This document shows, piece after piece, positions 38,097 through 52,042 of a DNA stretch of 64,000 nt. The translations under genes and the position numbers were made by a program. The stretch comes from Eledone cirrhosa. Lineage: Eukaryota. A model generated the notes under the pieces. That model did no database searches and was not told the DNA's origin. It was given only the letters and a program-made list of their open reading frames with translations. Position 1 is the first letter of the stretch. Each line of letters opens with the position of its first letter. The stretch lies in the NCBI GenBank assembly GCA_964016885.1, contig OZ024755.1, forward strand, positions 35,588,001 through 35,652,000, read 5' to 3'.

Positions 38097-39655
38097 GTAG
38101 GAGACACGGTAAAAAGGCTCCTAGTCCACACTGTAAAGTGGTCATGTAGGAGACATGGTAAAAAGGCTCCTAGTCCACACTGTAAAGTGGTCATGTAGGA
38201 GACATGGTAAAAAGGCTCCTAGTCCACACTGTAAAGTGGTAGTGAAGGAGACACGGTAAAAAGGCTCCTAGTCCACACTGTAAAGTGGTAGTGTAGGAGA
38301 CACGGTAAAAAGGCTCCCAGTCCACACTGTAAAGTGGTAGTGAAGGAGACACGGTAAAAAGGCTCCTAGTCCACACTGTAAAGTGGTCATGTAGGAGACA
38401 TGGTAAAAAGGCTCCTAGTCCACACTGTAAAGTGGTCATGTAGGAGACATGGTAAAAAGGCTCCTAGTCCACACTGTAAAGTGGTAGTGAAGGAGACACG
38501 GTAAAAAGGCTCCTAGTCCACACTGTAAAGTGGTAGTGTAGGAGACACGGTAAAAAGGCTCCCAGTCCACACTGTAAAGTGGTAGTGAAGGAGACACGGT
38601 AAAAAGGCTCCTAGTCCACACTGTAAAGTGGTAGTGAAGGAGACACGGTAAAAAGGCTCCCAGTCCACACTGTAAAGTGGTAGTGAAGGAGACACGGTAA
38701 AAAGGCTCCTAGTCCACACTGTAAAGTGGTAGTGTAGGAGACACGGTAAAAAGGCTCCCAGTCCACACTGTAAAGTAGTAGTGTAGGAGACACGGTAAAA
38801 AGGCTCCCAGTCCACACTGTAAAGTGGTAGTGTAGGAGACACAGTAAAAAGGCTCCCAGTCCACACTGTAAAGTAGTAGTGTAGGAGACACAGTAAAAAG
38901 GCTCCCAGTCCACACTGTAATGTGGTCGTGTAGGAGACACGGTAAAAAGGCTCCCAGTCCACACTGTAAAGTAGTAGTGTAGGAGACACAGTAAAAAGGC
39001 TCCCAGTCCACACTGTAAAGTAGTAGTGTAGGAGACACAGTAAAAAGGCTCCCAGTCCACACTGTAAAGTAGTAGTGTAGGAGACACAGTAAAAAGGCTC
39101 CCAGTCCACACTGTAAAGTGGTAGTGTAGGAGACACAGTAAAAAGGCTCCCAGTCCACACTGTAAAGTAGTAGTGTAGGAGACACAGTAAAAAGCCTCCC
39201 AGTCCACACTGTAAAGTGGTAGTGTAGGAGACATGGTAAAAAGACTCCCAGTCCACACTGTAAAGTGGTAGTGTAGGAGACATGGTAAAAAGGCTCCCAG
39301 TCCACACTGTAAAGTGGTCGTGTAGGAGACACGGTATAAAGGCTCCCAGTCCACACTGTAAAGTGGTCATGTAGGAGACATGGTAAAAAGGCTCCCAGTC
39401 CACACTGTAAAGTGGTCGTGTAGGAGACACAGTAAAAAGGCTCCTAGTCCACACTGTAAAGTGGTAGTGTAGGAGACACGGTAAAAAGGCTCCTAGTCCA
39501 CACTGTAAAGTGGTAGTGTAGGAGACACGGTATAAAGGCTCCCAGTCCACACTGTAAAGTAGTAGTGTAGGAGACACGGTATAAAGGCTCCCAGTCCACA
39601 CTGTAAAGTAGTAGTGTAGGAGATACGGTAAAAAGGCTCCCAGTCCACACTGTAA
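38097..39655 (+). repeat. 49-bp minisatellite (~32 copies) within an RTE-UTR/SINE body
   Basis: Unit CCACACTGTAAAGTGGTAGTGTAGGAGACACGGTAAAAAGGCTCCCAGT; runs into GGTGTTAGGAAGGGCATCCAGCC and an RTE tail ending ~39825. Confidence 0.95.
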
Positions 39656-40159
39656 ATGTGGTGGGTGTTAGGAAGGGCATCCAGCCGTAGAAAACCTGCC
39701 AGAAACAGTTCCGTATGAGCAAGACACGGTCTCCCGACCAATCCCACATCAAATGGAACAAAACCGTCTAACCCATGCTAGCGTGGAAGATGGACATTAA
39801 ACGATGATGATGATCATGATGATGATATCCATTTAGAATTGATAGGTGCAAGAATAACTATTCAATACCACAGTAGAGATTTTATATATATATATATATA
39901 CACATGTTGTTCAAAGAGTTAGTTAATCCAGGTGTGAATTATTTGCACTGTAAGAAATAATCAATCAAAGTGTAAGCCAGATTTAGTACTCAACGTGGAC
40001 AATACTAACTCACAGTCGTATGAAGCATTTTATAATAATGTGCATCATATATTAAAATATGGACACATAATCCTGTTTTTGTCTCAATTCCTGTATATAC
40101 ACACACACATGCATTTATGTACATTTAGTTATGTATATATGCAGGCAAGTATATATGCA

Positions 40160-40702
40160 GGCGACTAAACTGGCAACCCCACCAAGGTTTCTTGGTGAGG
40201 AGGGTGACTTTGGACATCCTGCAGGACTAAAAACAAAACCTGTCAAAGGGCAAAGGAGCTCTTAAGAGTCAATGGCCATCCAAATTCACCGGGAGAGATG
40301 ACCCCTTAGCCTTTGTCAAGGCAGAATTCTAGGAGAAGGAAAACTCTGATATAACACCTGCAACCCTGATGGTATCCAATGATGTTGACTTGTTCTACTT
40401 TTTGGTATATATCATCTTGGTTAAGAGAGTGGGACTGGCTCTGTGCAATGCCTTTGCTCACTATAAAAGCTTCACGGCACAGGCATTGCTTTATATCTGG
40501 AGATCTCTCTGCACTTGTCGTCACATGGTACCATGGGCCCAGCACTATGTGTCAATAATTGTCACAAGTGTAGTGTTTGTACCAGAGTTTTCAAGTCGCT
40601 GGCTGGACTAAACAGTCACACTCGTTCAGCGCATCGGTAGGGGTTCTCCTACATGGATATAAAGTAGTGGCCGTACTCGAAAACGAGTTGGCAGCCACCA
40701 TG
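40160..40702 (+). mobile_element. Non-autonomous RTE-derived bipartite element
   Basis: Inverted near-identical copy of 29324-29871; 40563-40640 translates HKCSVCTRVFKSLAGLNSHTRSAHR*. Confidence 0.75.
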
Positions 40703-40837
40703 CAGGCAAGTAAGTGTATGTGTGTTAAGGCATATAAAGTACCTAAATAAAATATCAATGTTTTTTTTCTTTATTGATTTTCCATAGAAAAATGTTTAAT
40801 AGATAATGAAACTGAGATAATCCATACATGTACATGT

Positions 40838-41488
40838 ATCAAGGAGAGTATCAAGTAGAGTGTTAAGTAGAGTATCAAGGAGAGTGTTAAGTAGAGTATC
40901 AAGTAGAGTGTCAAGTAGAGTATCAAGTAGAGTGTCAAGTAGAGTATCAAGTAGAGTGTCAAGTAGAGTATCAAGTAGAGTGTCAAGTAGAGTGTCAGGT
41001 AGAGTGTTAAGTAGAGTATCAAGGAGAGTGTCAAGTAGAGTATCAAGTAGAGTGTCAAGTAGGGTATCAAGTAGAATGTCAAGGAGAGTGTCAAGTAGAG
41101 TATCAAGTAGAGTATCAAGTAGAGTGTCAAGTAGAGTGTCAAGTAGAGTGTCAAGTAGAGTATCAAGGAGAGTGTCAAGGAGAGTGTCAAGGAGAGTGTC
41201 AAGTAGAGTGTCAAGGAGAGTAACAAAGAGAGAATCAAGTAGAGTATCAAGTAGAGTGTCAAGTAGAGTGTCAAGTAGAATGTCAAGGAGAGTAACAAGG
41301 AGAGTATCAAGTAGAATGTCAAGTAGAGTATTAAATAGAATGTCAAGTAGAGTATCAAGTAGACTATCAAGTAGAGTATCAAGTAGAGTATCAAGTAGAG
41401 TATCAAATAGAGTATTAAGTAGAGTATCACGGAGAGTGTCAAGTAGAGTGTTAAGTAGAGTATCAAGTAGAGTATTAACTAGAGTATC
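40838..41488. repeat. 12-bp minisatellite (TCAAGTAGAGTR)n, ~54 copies
   Basis: Direct inspection. Confidence 0.95.
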
Positions 41489-41569
41489 CATTTCATATAA
41501 TTAGTTTCATACATAACATGTTATATGGATTTGGTCAACTGAAATAGTTGATAGCTTTCAAAGTCTCTC

Positions 41570-42078
41570 ATCATACACAGTTGTTGTTGAGCCCCAGTAT
41601 TAGCACAGCTCAATATCTCTACTATTCACAGTTGTTGAGCCCCAGTATTAGTTCATCTCAAAATCTCTACCATACACAGCTGTTGTTGAGCCCCAACATT
41701 ACCTCAGCTCAATATCTCTACTATTCACAGTTGTTGAGCCCCAGTATTAGCCCAGCTCAATATCTCTACCATACACAGCTGTTGTTGAGCCCCAACATTA
41801 GCTCAGCTCAATATCTCTATCATACACAGTTATTGTTGAGCCCCCAGTATTAGCCCAGCTCAATATCTCAATTCACAGTTGTTGTTGAGCTCCCAACATT
41901 AGCTCAGCTCAATATCTCTACTATTCATAGTTGTTGAGCCCCAACATTAGCTCAGCTCAATATCTCTACTATTCACAGTTGTTGAGCCCCAACATTAGTT
42001 TAGCTCAATATCTCAATTCACAGTTGTTCTTGAGACCCCAACATTAGTGCGGCTCAATATCTCTACTATTCACAGTTA
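41570..42078. repeat. 48-51-bp tandem array (~10 copies) with internal TTGAGC/GCTCAA inverted repeat
   Basis: Unit CACAGTTGTTGAGCCCCAACATTAGCTCAGCTCAATATCTCTACTATT. Confidence 0.9.
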
Positions 42079-42846
42079 TTTATTTTTCAAACATAGTCCA
42101 TGGAAAGAAGCAAGGCAGTTATTAATAAAAAGAGTTGAAATGAATGCATGTAAGATTTCACAGCTCTAACATTAATCCTTCATAGTCAGCCTATGAACTT
42201 TTCAGCTGATGAATGAGTACAGTTTTCAATGAGATTAGAACTGATAAACCCTAATTCTCTTTTCAAAAGGATGCTATCCAATCTATGTTATTTACTTTGC
42301 TTCTTTTTTCTAAACAAGTTTCCCGAGTAAAATACTGTCTTTTCTAGTTGAGTAGTAAAAAAAGACCCCTCTAATATTACTGGAAGCTTTGATGAATCCT
42401 ATATAACTGGTCAGGGTATTTTGGATAATGATGATGATTAAAAATTCAAAAACAAGATCAAAATTTCTTTTCTTCAGAATGTATATCTCCATTTTCTGCT
42501 AGGTATTTTCAGTTCTGTGTTTCTCTAAAACCAGCGGGACACACACGTATAATTATCTTGTCAATTTTTGTTACTATTTAGTTCCATGTCAGCCCTGATC
42601 AAACAGACTGATGAAAGATGTCAGCTGTAATAAATCTTTTCTCTTCTATGTGACTGACAAATTCATTTAGCTACCATTTTCTAGGTTTGATCCTACAGGG
42701 TGACACATCTTGGACAAGTATCTTCAAACATGTCATTAAGTTGACCAATGCTTTGTGAATTTATTTGGTAAGGTAGTGACTCAGAGTTACTTCCCTTAGC
42801 ATGAGTTACAATAAAAATACGATGCCTCTCACATGGTATGGAGGTT

Positions 42847-43040
42847 GTTTTTGTTCCTCCTCGACCAGATCCAGGTGGAAATCATTTCGCTGCCTCTGAT
42901 ACTACCTTAAGGGCTTCGGTTCTTGTCTTCCCAAAGAATTAAAGTTGTTTCATGAGATTGTAGGCAGATTTGCTCACAAATCCTTTGGCTCCAACCTCTA
43001 TAGTGAGACCTTTAACTTGGAAGTTTGCTTTATTTAAAAG
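42847..43040 (-). pseudogene. Hero/R2-group non-LTR retrotransposon endonuclease C-terminus
   Basis: TIEVGAKGFVSKSAYNLMKQL*FFGKTRTEALKVVSEAA, then after a frameshift STWIWSRR, matching the EVG.RGF…AE..S.WIW.R pattern. Confidence 0.75.
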
Positions 43041-43057
43041 TGTTATATTTATTTTAA

Positions 43058-43265
43058 CCCTTTAGCATTTAAACTGGCCCTATCTGACCAAAATTCTCTC
43101 ACCTCTTTCTATTCAAACCGGCCATAAACAACCACTCATACTGATGTTAAGGTATTGTTCTCAAAATAAATAACATCAAAATCTAATAGATTCAATATTA
43201 TGTGAGATAAAACCTCTACTGCAAAAATACAATAGTAGATATAGAATAATGTAAATGCTGAAGGG
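43058..43265. mobile_element. piggyBac-type MITE copy
   Basis: TTAA-CCCTTTAGCATTTA…TAAATGCTGAAGGG-TTAG. Confidence 0.82.
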
Positions 43266-43622
43266 TTAGAATACTCCATCATAATTCTATGTCAAAATAT
43301 ATCCGTTAAGTTATGTTTGAAACACAAACTTACCAATGAGAAAGTTAGTTATATTACTAAAACCCCCAAAATTATTGTTTGTTTTAAAAATCATTTGAAA
43401 ATCATAGGTAATGTATTTTGTTAGAAATATGGTAATGAAAGGGTTTCTATGGCTTTGAATTATAGTGTCTGAAAAAGCAAAAGAAATAAAAGAAAAGAAG
43501 GTAGGATGGTCATGGTTGGAAATATCTTTAACCCTATATTTACTTGATCAAGGCTTGGGCAAAGGTTAATTAACAACAGTGAAAAGGAAAGATCCATACA
43601 CACACATAAACATTCATACATA

Positions 43623-43991
43623 CGAGGGCAATCCCAAAAGCAACTTTTCCGTTAAAATCTGGATGGTGCTTCGGGAAACCTCAGGAACCAAAATGCAGAG
43701 GGCATCCATAGTGATCCGCCGATCTTTACACATGTTTTCCTTGGAAGGAGACCTTACTCTTGGGATTGCCCTCTATATGATAACTGCGTGAAATTCGCAC
43801 TTGGCGGTAGCGTTCAACGGGAGCTCCATTCTCAACGGCTGCCAAGCCAAGATTGAGCATCCCAGCGAAGCGTGCACATGCTTGTTTGAGAGTGAAGGAA
43901 GCACCAATCACAACAGTGTTGCCAACAGCCGTACGAACAGTTTCTCTGCGTCCCCATCGCTTTGGAGACCTTACTTTTGGGATTACCCTCG
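43623..43991 (-). mobile_element. mariner-family MITE (43623-43773) abutting a truncated mariner 5' end (43777-43991)
   Basis: Three copies of a CGAGGGYAATCCCAAAAG-type TIR with TA flanks; minus-strand ATG at 43829 gives MELPLNATAKCEFHAVI, like mariner N-termini. Confidence 0.75.
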
Positions 43992-44869
43992 TATATACAC
44001 ACACACACACACACACACACATTCATACATACATACATGCACACACACATTCATACATACACACCCACACATTCATACATATATACATACATACATTCAT
44101 ATATACATACATACACACACATTAATACATATATACATACATACACACATTCATACATATATACATACATACACACACATTCATACATATATACATACAT
44201 ACACACACATTCATATATACACATACACACATTCATACATATACACATACATACACACACATTCATTCACACATACACATTTATACATACACACACACAC
44301 ATTCATATATATACATACACACATTCATATATATACATACACACATTCATATATACACACATATACATACATACACATGTACATACATACATACACATTC
44401 ATATACATGTACATACATACATACACACACAAAATACAAAGCATAACACACTTCCTTCAAAAAGATAAAACCCACCCCCCACACACACAAAAAAAACAAC
44501 AACAACAACACAAGCCTCAAAACCTCAACAAAAAGCCAACAAAACCAAGAAATAGTGCGTGAAGCAAGCATGCAGATGAGTAGATATTAAAATATGTTAT
44601 AACAGGAAGCACAATAACAAATATGATATCAAATGAAAAATAAAATAGAAATGACATTGACTAAATGACAAAAAGATAGAATTATAGAATAGAATACGTT
44701 ATGCTTCTTTCTCCACCTCTTTTTCTGTTTTGAAGGAAACTGCTAACAATGTATACAGTTTATCTCTACTTCGTATTCCTTCAGAATTCTCTATTTTCTG
44801 GCTGTTTTGTTTTATTGATGTTATAAAGGAACATACAGCTATGTCACGCCTTTTCTCCCCCCCCCCCTC

Positions 44870-45116
44870 TCTTTCTGCCTTTCTCACCCACTCTTTCTAT
44901 TTCTCTCTCTCTCTGCCTTTGTCACCCACTTTTTCTTTCACTCTCCCTCTCTCTCTCTCTGTGCCTTTCTCACCTTCTCTTTCTCTCGCTGCCTTTGTCA
45001 CCCGCTTTCTCTTTCTTCACCCCCCTCTCTTTCTCTCTCTCTCTCTGCCTTTCTCACCCACTCTTTCTCTCTCTCTGCCTTTCTTACTCTCTCTTTCTCT
45101 CTGTCTATCTGCCTTT

Positions 45117-45156
<40 letters not shown>

Positions 45157-45600
45157 CTCACCCATTCTTTCTTTCTCTCTCCCTCCTCTCTCTGCCTTTC
45201 TCACCCTCTCTTTCTTTCTCTCTGCCTTTCTCACCCTCTCTCTCTCTGCCTTTCTCTCCATCTCTCTCTCTCTCTCTGCCTTTCTCACCCTCTATCTTTG
45301 TGCCTTTCTCACCCTCTCTCTCTCTGCCTTTCTCACCCTCTCTCTCTGCATTTCTCTCCATCTCTCTCTCTGCCTTTCTCACCCTCTCTCTCTCTGCATT
45401 TCTCTCCATCTCTCTCTCTCTGCCTTTCTCACCCTCTCTCTCTCTGCCTTTCTCACTCTCTGCCTTTCTCACCCTCTCTCTCTCTGCATTTCTCTCCATC
45501 TCTCTCTCTGCATTTCTCTCCATCTCTCTCTCTGCCTTTCTCACCCTCTCTCTCTCTGCCTTTCTCACTCTCTCTCTGCCTTTCTCTCCATCTCTCTCCC
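44870..45600. repeat. CT-rich compound repeat (CTCTGCCTTTCTCACC-(CT)n)
   Basis: Direct inspection. Confidence 0.92.
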
Positions 45601-46341
45601 ACTTTATTTTTTTAAATCAAATATCATTTTCCAACTATATCTGTATGTGTTACAATCTGCTCTTTCATGTAACTTCACCACAAATAAAACAGTCATATAT
45701 ATACATATATATATATCATATATAACACAAACATACACACACTCTCATACACACATACACACATATATATATAACACACCAAGATGCACACACTCACATA
45801 TATATCACATACACCAACATACACACACATATATATAACACCTACACACACATACTCACATACACACACTCACATATTTCACACACACACACATACACTC
45901 ACATATATATAACATACATACTCATATATCACATACACCAACATACACACACATATATATATAACACCAACATACACACACAAACATACACACACCAACA
46001 TACACACATACACACATATATATAACACACCAACATACACACACTCACATATATATCACACACACACACACACATACACTCACATATATATAACATACAC
46101 ACTCATATATCACATACACTAACATATACACACTCATATATCACATACACTAACATATACACACTCATATATCACATACAGACACACACATATCACATAC
46201 ACACACACAAATATATATCACATATACATACACACAAATATATATATGTGCATATACACAAGCTCACACATACAAATGAACACAATAAAAACAGACACAT
46301 TATTTATATATATATATATATTTATTCATTTATATATATAT

Positions 46342-46378
<37 letters not shown>

Positions 46379-46391
46379 AATGAATAAATAC

Positions 46392-46468
<77 letters not shown>

Positions 46469-46577
46469 TATATATAAATGAATAAATACATATATATATA
46501 TAAATGAATAAATATATATATATATATATATAAATATATATATATATAAATGAATAAATACATATATATATAAATGC

Positions 46578-46610
<33 letters not shown>

Positions 46611-46635
46611 CATATATACACATTATTATTTCGTT

Positions 46636-46681
<46 letters not shown>

Positions 46682-46732
46682 CAACATATTAAAAAATAGA
46701 TTGATAGAGAGATAACAATAATATATTGAATA

Positions 46733-46775
<43 letters not shown>

Positions 46776-46949
46776 CATTCATATATGTATATAATGTTGA
46801 AATGTATATAAATATGTTACTTTATGTATTTTGCCTACTTTTCCAACCTTGTATATCGTGAGATGTAAATCTCCATGACAACCCCACACAATGCTTGACT
46901 TTATAACGATACACACAAACATCTTTCTAAAGCGTGACACAGTTGACGT

Positions 46950-47595
46950 CACCACCACTACCATCACCACCACCACCATCACCACCATCATCATCACCAG
47001 CACCACTATCACCATTATCATCATAACCACCACCACCAACATCACTATCCTCATCATCATTGCCACCAACACCAACACCACCACCACCACCATCCCTGTC
47101 ACCATCACCCCCACCACTACCACCCTCACCATTCCACCACTACCACCTTCACCATCCCTGTCACCATCACCTCCACCACTACCACCCTCACCATTCCCCC
47201 CACCCCCACCACCATCCCTGTCACCATCACCCCCACCATTCCACCAACACCATCACCCCCACCACTACCACCCTCACTGTCACCATCACCCCCACCACTC
47301 TCACCATTCCACCACTACCACCTTCACCATTCCACCACCACCATCCCTGTCACCATCACCTCCACCACTACCACCCTCACCATTCCCCCCACCCCCACCA
47401 CCATCCCTGTCACCATCACCACCCTCACCATTCCACCAACACCATCACCCCCACCACTACCACCCTCCTCATTCCACCAACACCATCACCCCCTCACCCC
47501 CCCCCTCCCTGTCACCATCACCCCCACCACTACTACCACCCCCACCATTCCACCAGCACACCATCCCTGTCACCCCCCTCCCCACTACCACCAAC
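46950..47595. repeat. (CAC/CAT)-rich degenerate repeat
   Basis: Direct inspection. Confidence 0.9.
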
Positions 47596-47860
47596 AAGTC
47601 ATATTTTCACTCTATATCTCTATCAAGTATTATCTTCTGTAAATCCAGAACTCCAAGCCTTTTCTCTAATTCCTTCCCACTCCACAGAGTCAAAGTCTCA
47701 CCATTTACCACAATCCTCTCCTCTAACATCTCACCGCAATTTTCCCTCCAGGATTCATTTATTCATATTACAGGGCCTTATCAGCGCAGTTGTTTTCCTT
47801 GCATGTATTATAGACATATATATATCGTGGAAAATGGACGTTAAACGAAGATGATGATGA

Positions 47861-47898
<38 letters not shown>

Positions 47899-47899
47899 A

Positions 47900-48020
47900 G
47901 ATCAAAAGATAGTTAAAAGATCTTATATATTATTTATACTCCACTCCTACAAACTGTAGAGTGCTTCTTATCTGATATCTGCATTGCTTTATTGTGCTAC
48001 AATAAAACTCACCTCCTACA
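47900..48020 (+). mobile_element. 3' terminus of the 1981-2358 family
   Basis: Reverse complement of ~1981-2065 ending ACAATAAAACTCACCTCCTAC plus (AT)n. Confidence 0.7.
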
Positions 48021-48074
48021 TATATATATATATACTTACATACACACATATATACACACACACACACACACACA

Positions 48075-48418
48075 GGCACATGGCTTAGTGGTTAGAGTAT
48101 TGGCCTTGCAATCGAAAGGTTGTGAGTTCAATTCTCAGACCGGGTGATGTGTTGTTTCCTTGAGCAAGACACTTTATTTCACATTGCTCCAGTTTACTCA
48201 GCTGTAGAAATGAAATGATAGGGACTGGGGTCTCTATCATTCCACTGCAAAGTGGTCGTGGAGGTGCCACGGCAAAAAAGCACCCAGCACTCACTGTAAA
48301 TGAGGTTGGTGTTAGGAAGGGCATCCAGCTGTAGAAATCAAGCCAGAATCAGTTCCCATCCCACCCTTGCAAGCAAGGAAAAGCGGGCGTAAAATGATGA
48401 TGATGATGATGATGATGA
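48075..48418 (+). mobile_element. Family-A SINE
   Basis: Near-identical copy. Confidence 0.92.
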
Positions 48419-49573
48419 TATGTATATATATATACATACATACATCATCATCATAATCATCACCATCATCATCAACGGACGTAAAACGGTGATGATGATA
48501 TATGTATATATATATATGTGTGTGTGTGTGTATGTATGTATATATATATATATACATATATGTATATACACACACACATATACAATTATACGCACATACA
48601 TATATGTATACACACACTCACACACACATATATATATATATATACACACATACACAATTATACATATACACATATATATATACACCCATACATACACGTT
48701 TACAACCACACACATATATATATACACACATACATAACTATACATACATCACACCACCTCCAACACACAACTACCACCACCACCATCACCACTACCATCA
48801 CCTCCACCACCACCATCACTACTACCACCACAGCCACCACCATTACTACTACCTCCACCACCACCATCACTACTACCACCACAACCACAACTACCCCCCC
48901 CCCCCATTACTACTACCACCACAACCACCACCATCACCATCACCTCCCCCACCACCACCACTACTAACCCCCCCCCCACACACACACACCACCACTACTC
49001 CCCCACCTCCACTACCTCCACCCCCCACCACCATCTAATTGACCAGACATAGCTGGGTCCATTCCAATCATTGTATGACTTGAAATGTCACCGCCGCACA
49101 CTATCACAGCACATAGCACACACACACACATGCACACACACATACACACACACACGCACATACACACACACATGTATATCATGACTCATACACTGTTCAT
49201 TCATTTTCCTGACATTTGTATATTATTCTATGTACTATACATACATGCACCTTTGATGAGTTGTAGTGCACCTGAGCACTGTACACAATAATTTCATTAT
49301 TATTATTATATATATACATGTGCACATATAAATACACACACACTCAAACACATTCATACCTATTTCATGTGTTTGAGCTCTACCGATTCCAATGACAAGT
49401 GTTCTAGTTGATTTGATCAATGGAACTTCCCACTAGGGAAATTAATGTGTAAGCCGTTAAGCATTCCATAGACACAGGCATTCTTTAAATAGTTCTCAGG
49501 GAGAGTCAGTGTGTTAAAGTTGCCTTTTTGAATTACAGGTACAACTGAGTGGACAAGAACAATGTGAAATACA

Positions 49574-50320
49574 TCATCATCATTCGTCGACTACTGTCGA
49601 GATGATGGATCTCACTCTCGTGCCCCAGAATTCCCTGTCCCCCATTGCTGCCCCTAGGTCCTGTCTACTGATTCCTGTATCCCTAGAGATAACGTCAGGG
49701 AATGACAGCTTCCTACTCCTAGTCAGGCTGGAGTCAGGGTTCCAGAGCAAGAGAGCGGATATGATTTCATTGCTGGCACGGTGACAGTGGCCAGCATATT
49801 GAGCTCTCCGGGATTTTAGAAGGGCAGAGGCTCGAGGGAGTTTCCCATAGATTTTAGACAAGGTGGGATGTCGTTTCCAGGATAGGTTTTGCACTCTCAT
49901 TAAGAGGCGGGTATATGTGCCATCCATTCTCCTTTCAAGTTGTGATGTTAGTGTCCAAGTTTCGGATCCATAAAGTAATATGGGCTTAATGGTTGCTTGG
50001 AATATTTCCAGTTTTAGCTTGTTGGTAAGTTGAGATGTCCATATGGCGTGCATGTCATTGCACGCTGACCATGCCATACCCTTCCTGGTTAGAAAATCTT
50101 TTTTGGAGGAGGAGATATATGAGCCAAGATACTTGTAATCTTCCACCTGCTTAAGGGTGGTACCATTAAGGGTTCTGATGGGGTAGTTTGGGCTGTTTGC
50201 GCATCTGTTCACATACTCAGTCTTGGATTCGTTGAGGTACAGTCCAACACAGTTGGACGCTTGCTCTAATGACCTCAAAAGACTCTCAGCATTTTCCAGT
50301 GAGCGACTGATCAATGCGAA
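49574..50320 (-). pseudogene. RTE-type LINE, 5'-truncated, open RT C-terminal frame (~245 aa)
   Basis: GLYLNESKTEY, DYKYLGS, LLYGSETWTLT, AGHCHR; (TGA)n tail. Confidence 0.9.
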
Positions 50321-50400
50321 ATACAATACTCTACTTTATGTATTGAGTACTATATTTATCATCTTCTGCGGCCGAGTTTACACCCGCAAAGATTCAGCAC

Positions 50401-51335
50401 GGTCTCTCAAATCGTTCCAGTCAAGCAGTTCATCGATGTTATCAATGTTGACATCTCTCAGCAAGGTATCAATGAATGAGACGGCCTGCCTTCCCACGCT
50501 TCTTCATCTGACTGTCGGTTTCCAGAGCCCAAGTTGTGCTGCTATCTCTTCTGGGTGACAGATGCAGTGCCCAGCCAGTTTCATTTGTCTGCAGGCAACT
50601 TTTTCTTGAGACTGGTCGTAATGATCTGTATAGTTCCTTATTTGCCAGCTTCTGTTTCCAAGAAATGTTGAGAGCCATTCTCAACATCTTCGTGTAACAT
50701 CCGTCAAATCTCTTGCATAACACTTTGTCAATAGTCCACGTGTCACTGTTGTGTACTATATTTAATAGGCGGTCAATTGGCAGAGTCGTTAGAACGTCAG
50801 ATAGAATCCTCTATGATATTCATTCCAGCTCTCTTCTCTCTGAGTTCAAATCTAGCCGAGGTCTCTCCAATCATCCCGGTCAAGCATGACATTTCTCAGT
50901 TCATCGATGTTATCAATGTTGACATCTCTCAGCAAGGTATCAATGAATGAGACGGCCTGTCTTCCCACACTTCTTCATCTGACCGTCGGTTTCCAGAGCC
51001 CAAGTTGTGCTGCCATCTCTTCTGGGTGACAGATGCAGTGCCCAGCCAGTTTCATTCGTCTGCAGGCAACTTTTTCTTGAGACTGGTCGTAATGATCAGT
51101 ATAGTTCCTTATTTGCCAGCTTCTGTTTCCAAGAAACGTTGAGAGCCATTCTCAACATCCTCGTGTAACATCCATCAAGTCTCTTGCATAACACTTTGTC
51201 AATAGTCCACGTGTCACTGTTGTGTACTATATTTAATAGGCGGTCAATTGGCAGAGTCGTTAGAACGTCAGATAGAATCCTCTATGGTATTCCTTCCAGC
51301 TCTCTCCTCTCTGAGTTCAAATCCCGCCGAGGTCA
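50401..51335. repeat. ~470-bp tandem duplication of an RTE fragment plus SINE head
   Basis: 50401-50861 repeated at 50860-51332; minus strand encodes DGCYTKMLRMALNISWKQ. Confidence 0.88.
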
Positions 51336-51585
51336 ACTTTGCTTTTCATCTTTTCGAGGTCAATAAAAAAAGTACCAGTTTAGTACTGGGGTCGATTCTT
51401 CCTCTATATCTCTTTCTCATTTCCTCTCTCTCACTTTCTATCTTTCTCTGGAAGAAATCTATTGTACCCAGGTCTGGAGAGGGATGGGCTCCACCAGTCT
51501 TAAAATGGCCAAGAAACGCTGTTTGTCAATAAGGGACCCCTATAACTCTATCAGGAGTTACGGGACTATACATACATATGATAAT

Positions 51586-51803
51586 GAAGCCGTGTGGTGG
51601 AGTGGTTAGAGAATTGGATTCGCAATCGTAAGGTTGTGAGTTCGATTCCTGGACCAGGCGATGCTTTATGTCCTTGAGCAAGACACTTTATTTCACGTTG
51701 CTCCTTCTACCTGGAGTTGCGACCGATAGATAGTATTAGCAATTGGAAAGACCAACGGAAACATTGTTTCCTCGGTCCGATTTGACGAAAGTCGATCGTT
51801 CCT
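51586..51803 (+). mobile_element. Family-C SINE
   Basis: Matches 10586-10802. Confidence 0.85.
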
Positions 51804-51860
51804 CTACATACATATTTAACTGTAGTATCATTCCATTCCTCTCCAGGAAAGTATTCTTGA

Positions 51861-51912
<52 letters not shown>

Positions 51913-52042
51913 CAAGACGGATACAGTATAAAATTGGTTAGGCTGTTACATGCCAGAGTACTTGATAATTTGGGTAGTAGAGTACGGTTATATGAATGAG
52001 TCGGCCCCCAATGGCTGAGCTCTTGTAGTTTCAAAACAGAGT

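Noticed and set aside
38191-39761. Overlapping ORFs up to 362 aa
   Set aside because: Product of the 49-bp minisatellite, open in all three minus frames.
40771-41504. LLDT/SSRV repeat ORFs, or a telomere-like repeat
   Set aside because: 12-bp minisatellite; not TTAGGG-type and no coding evidence.
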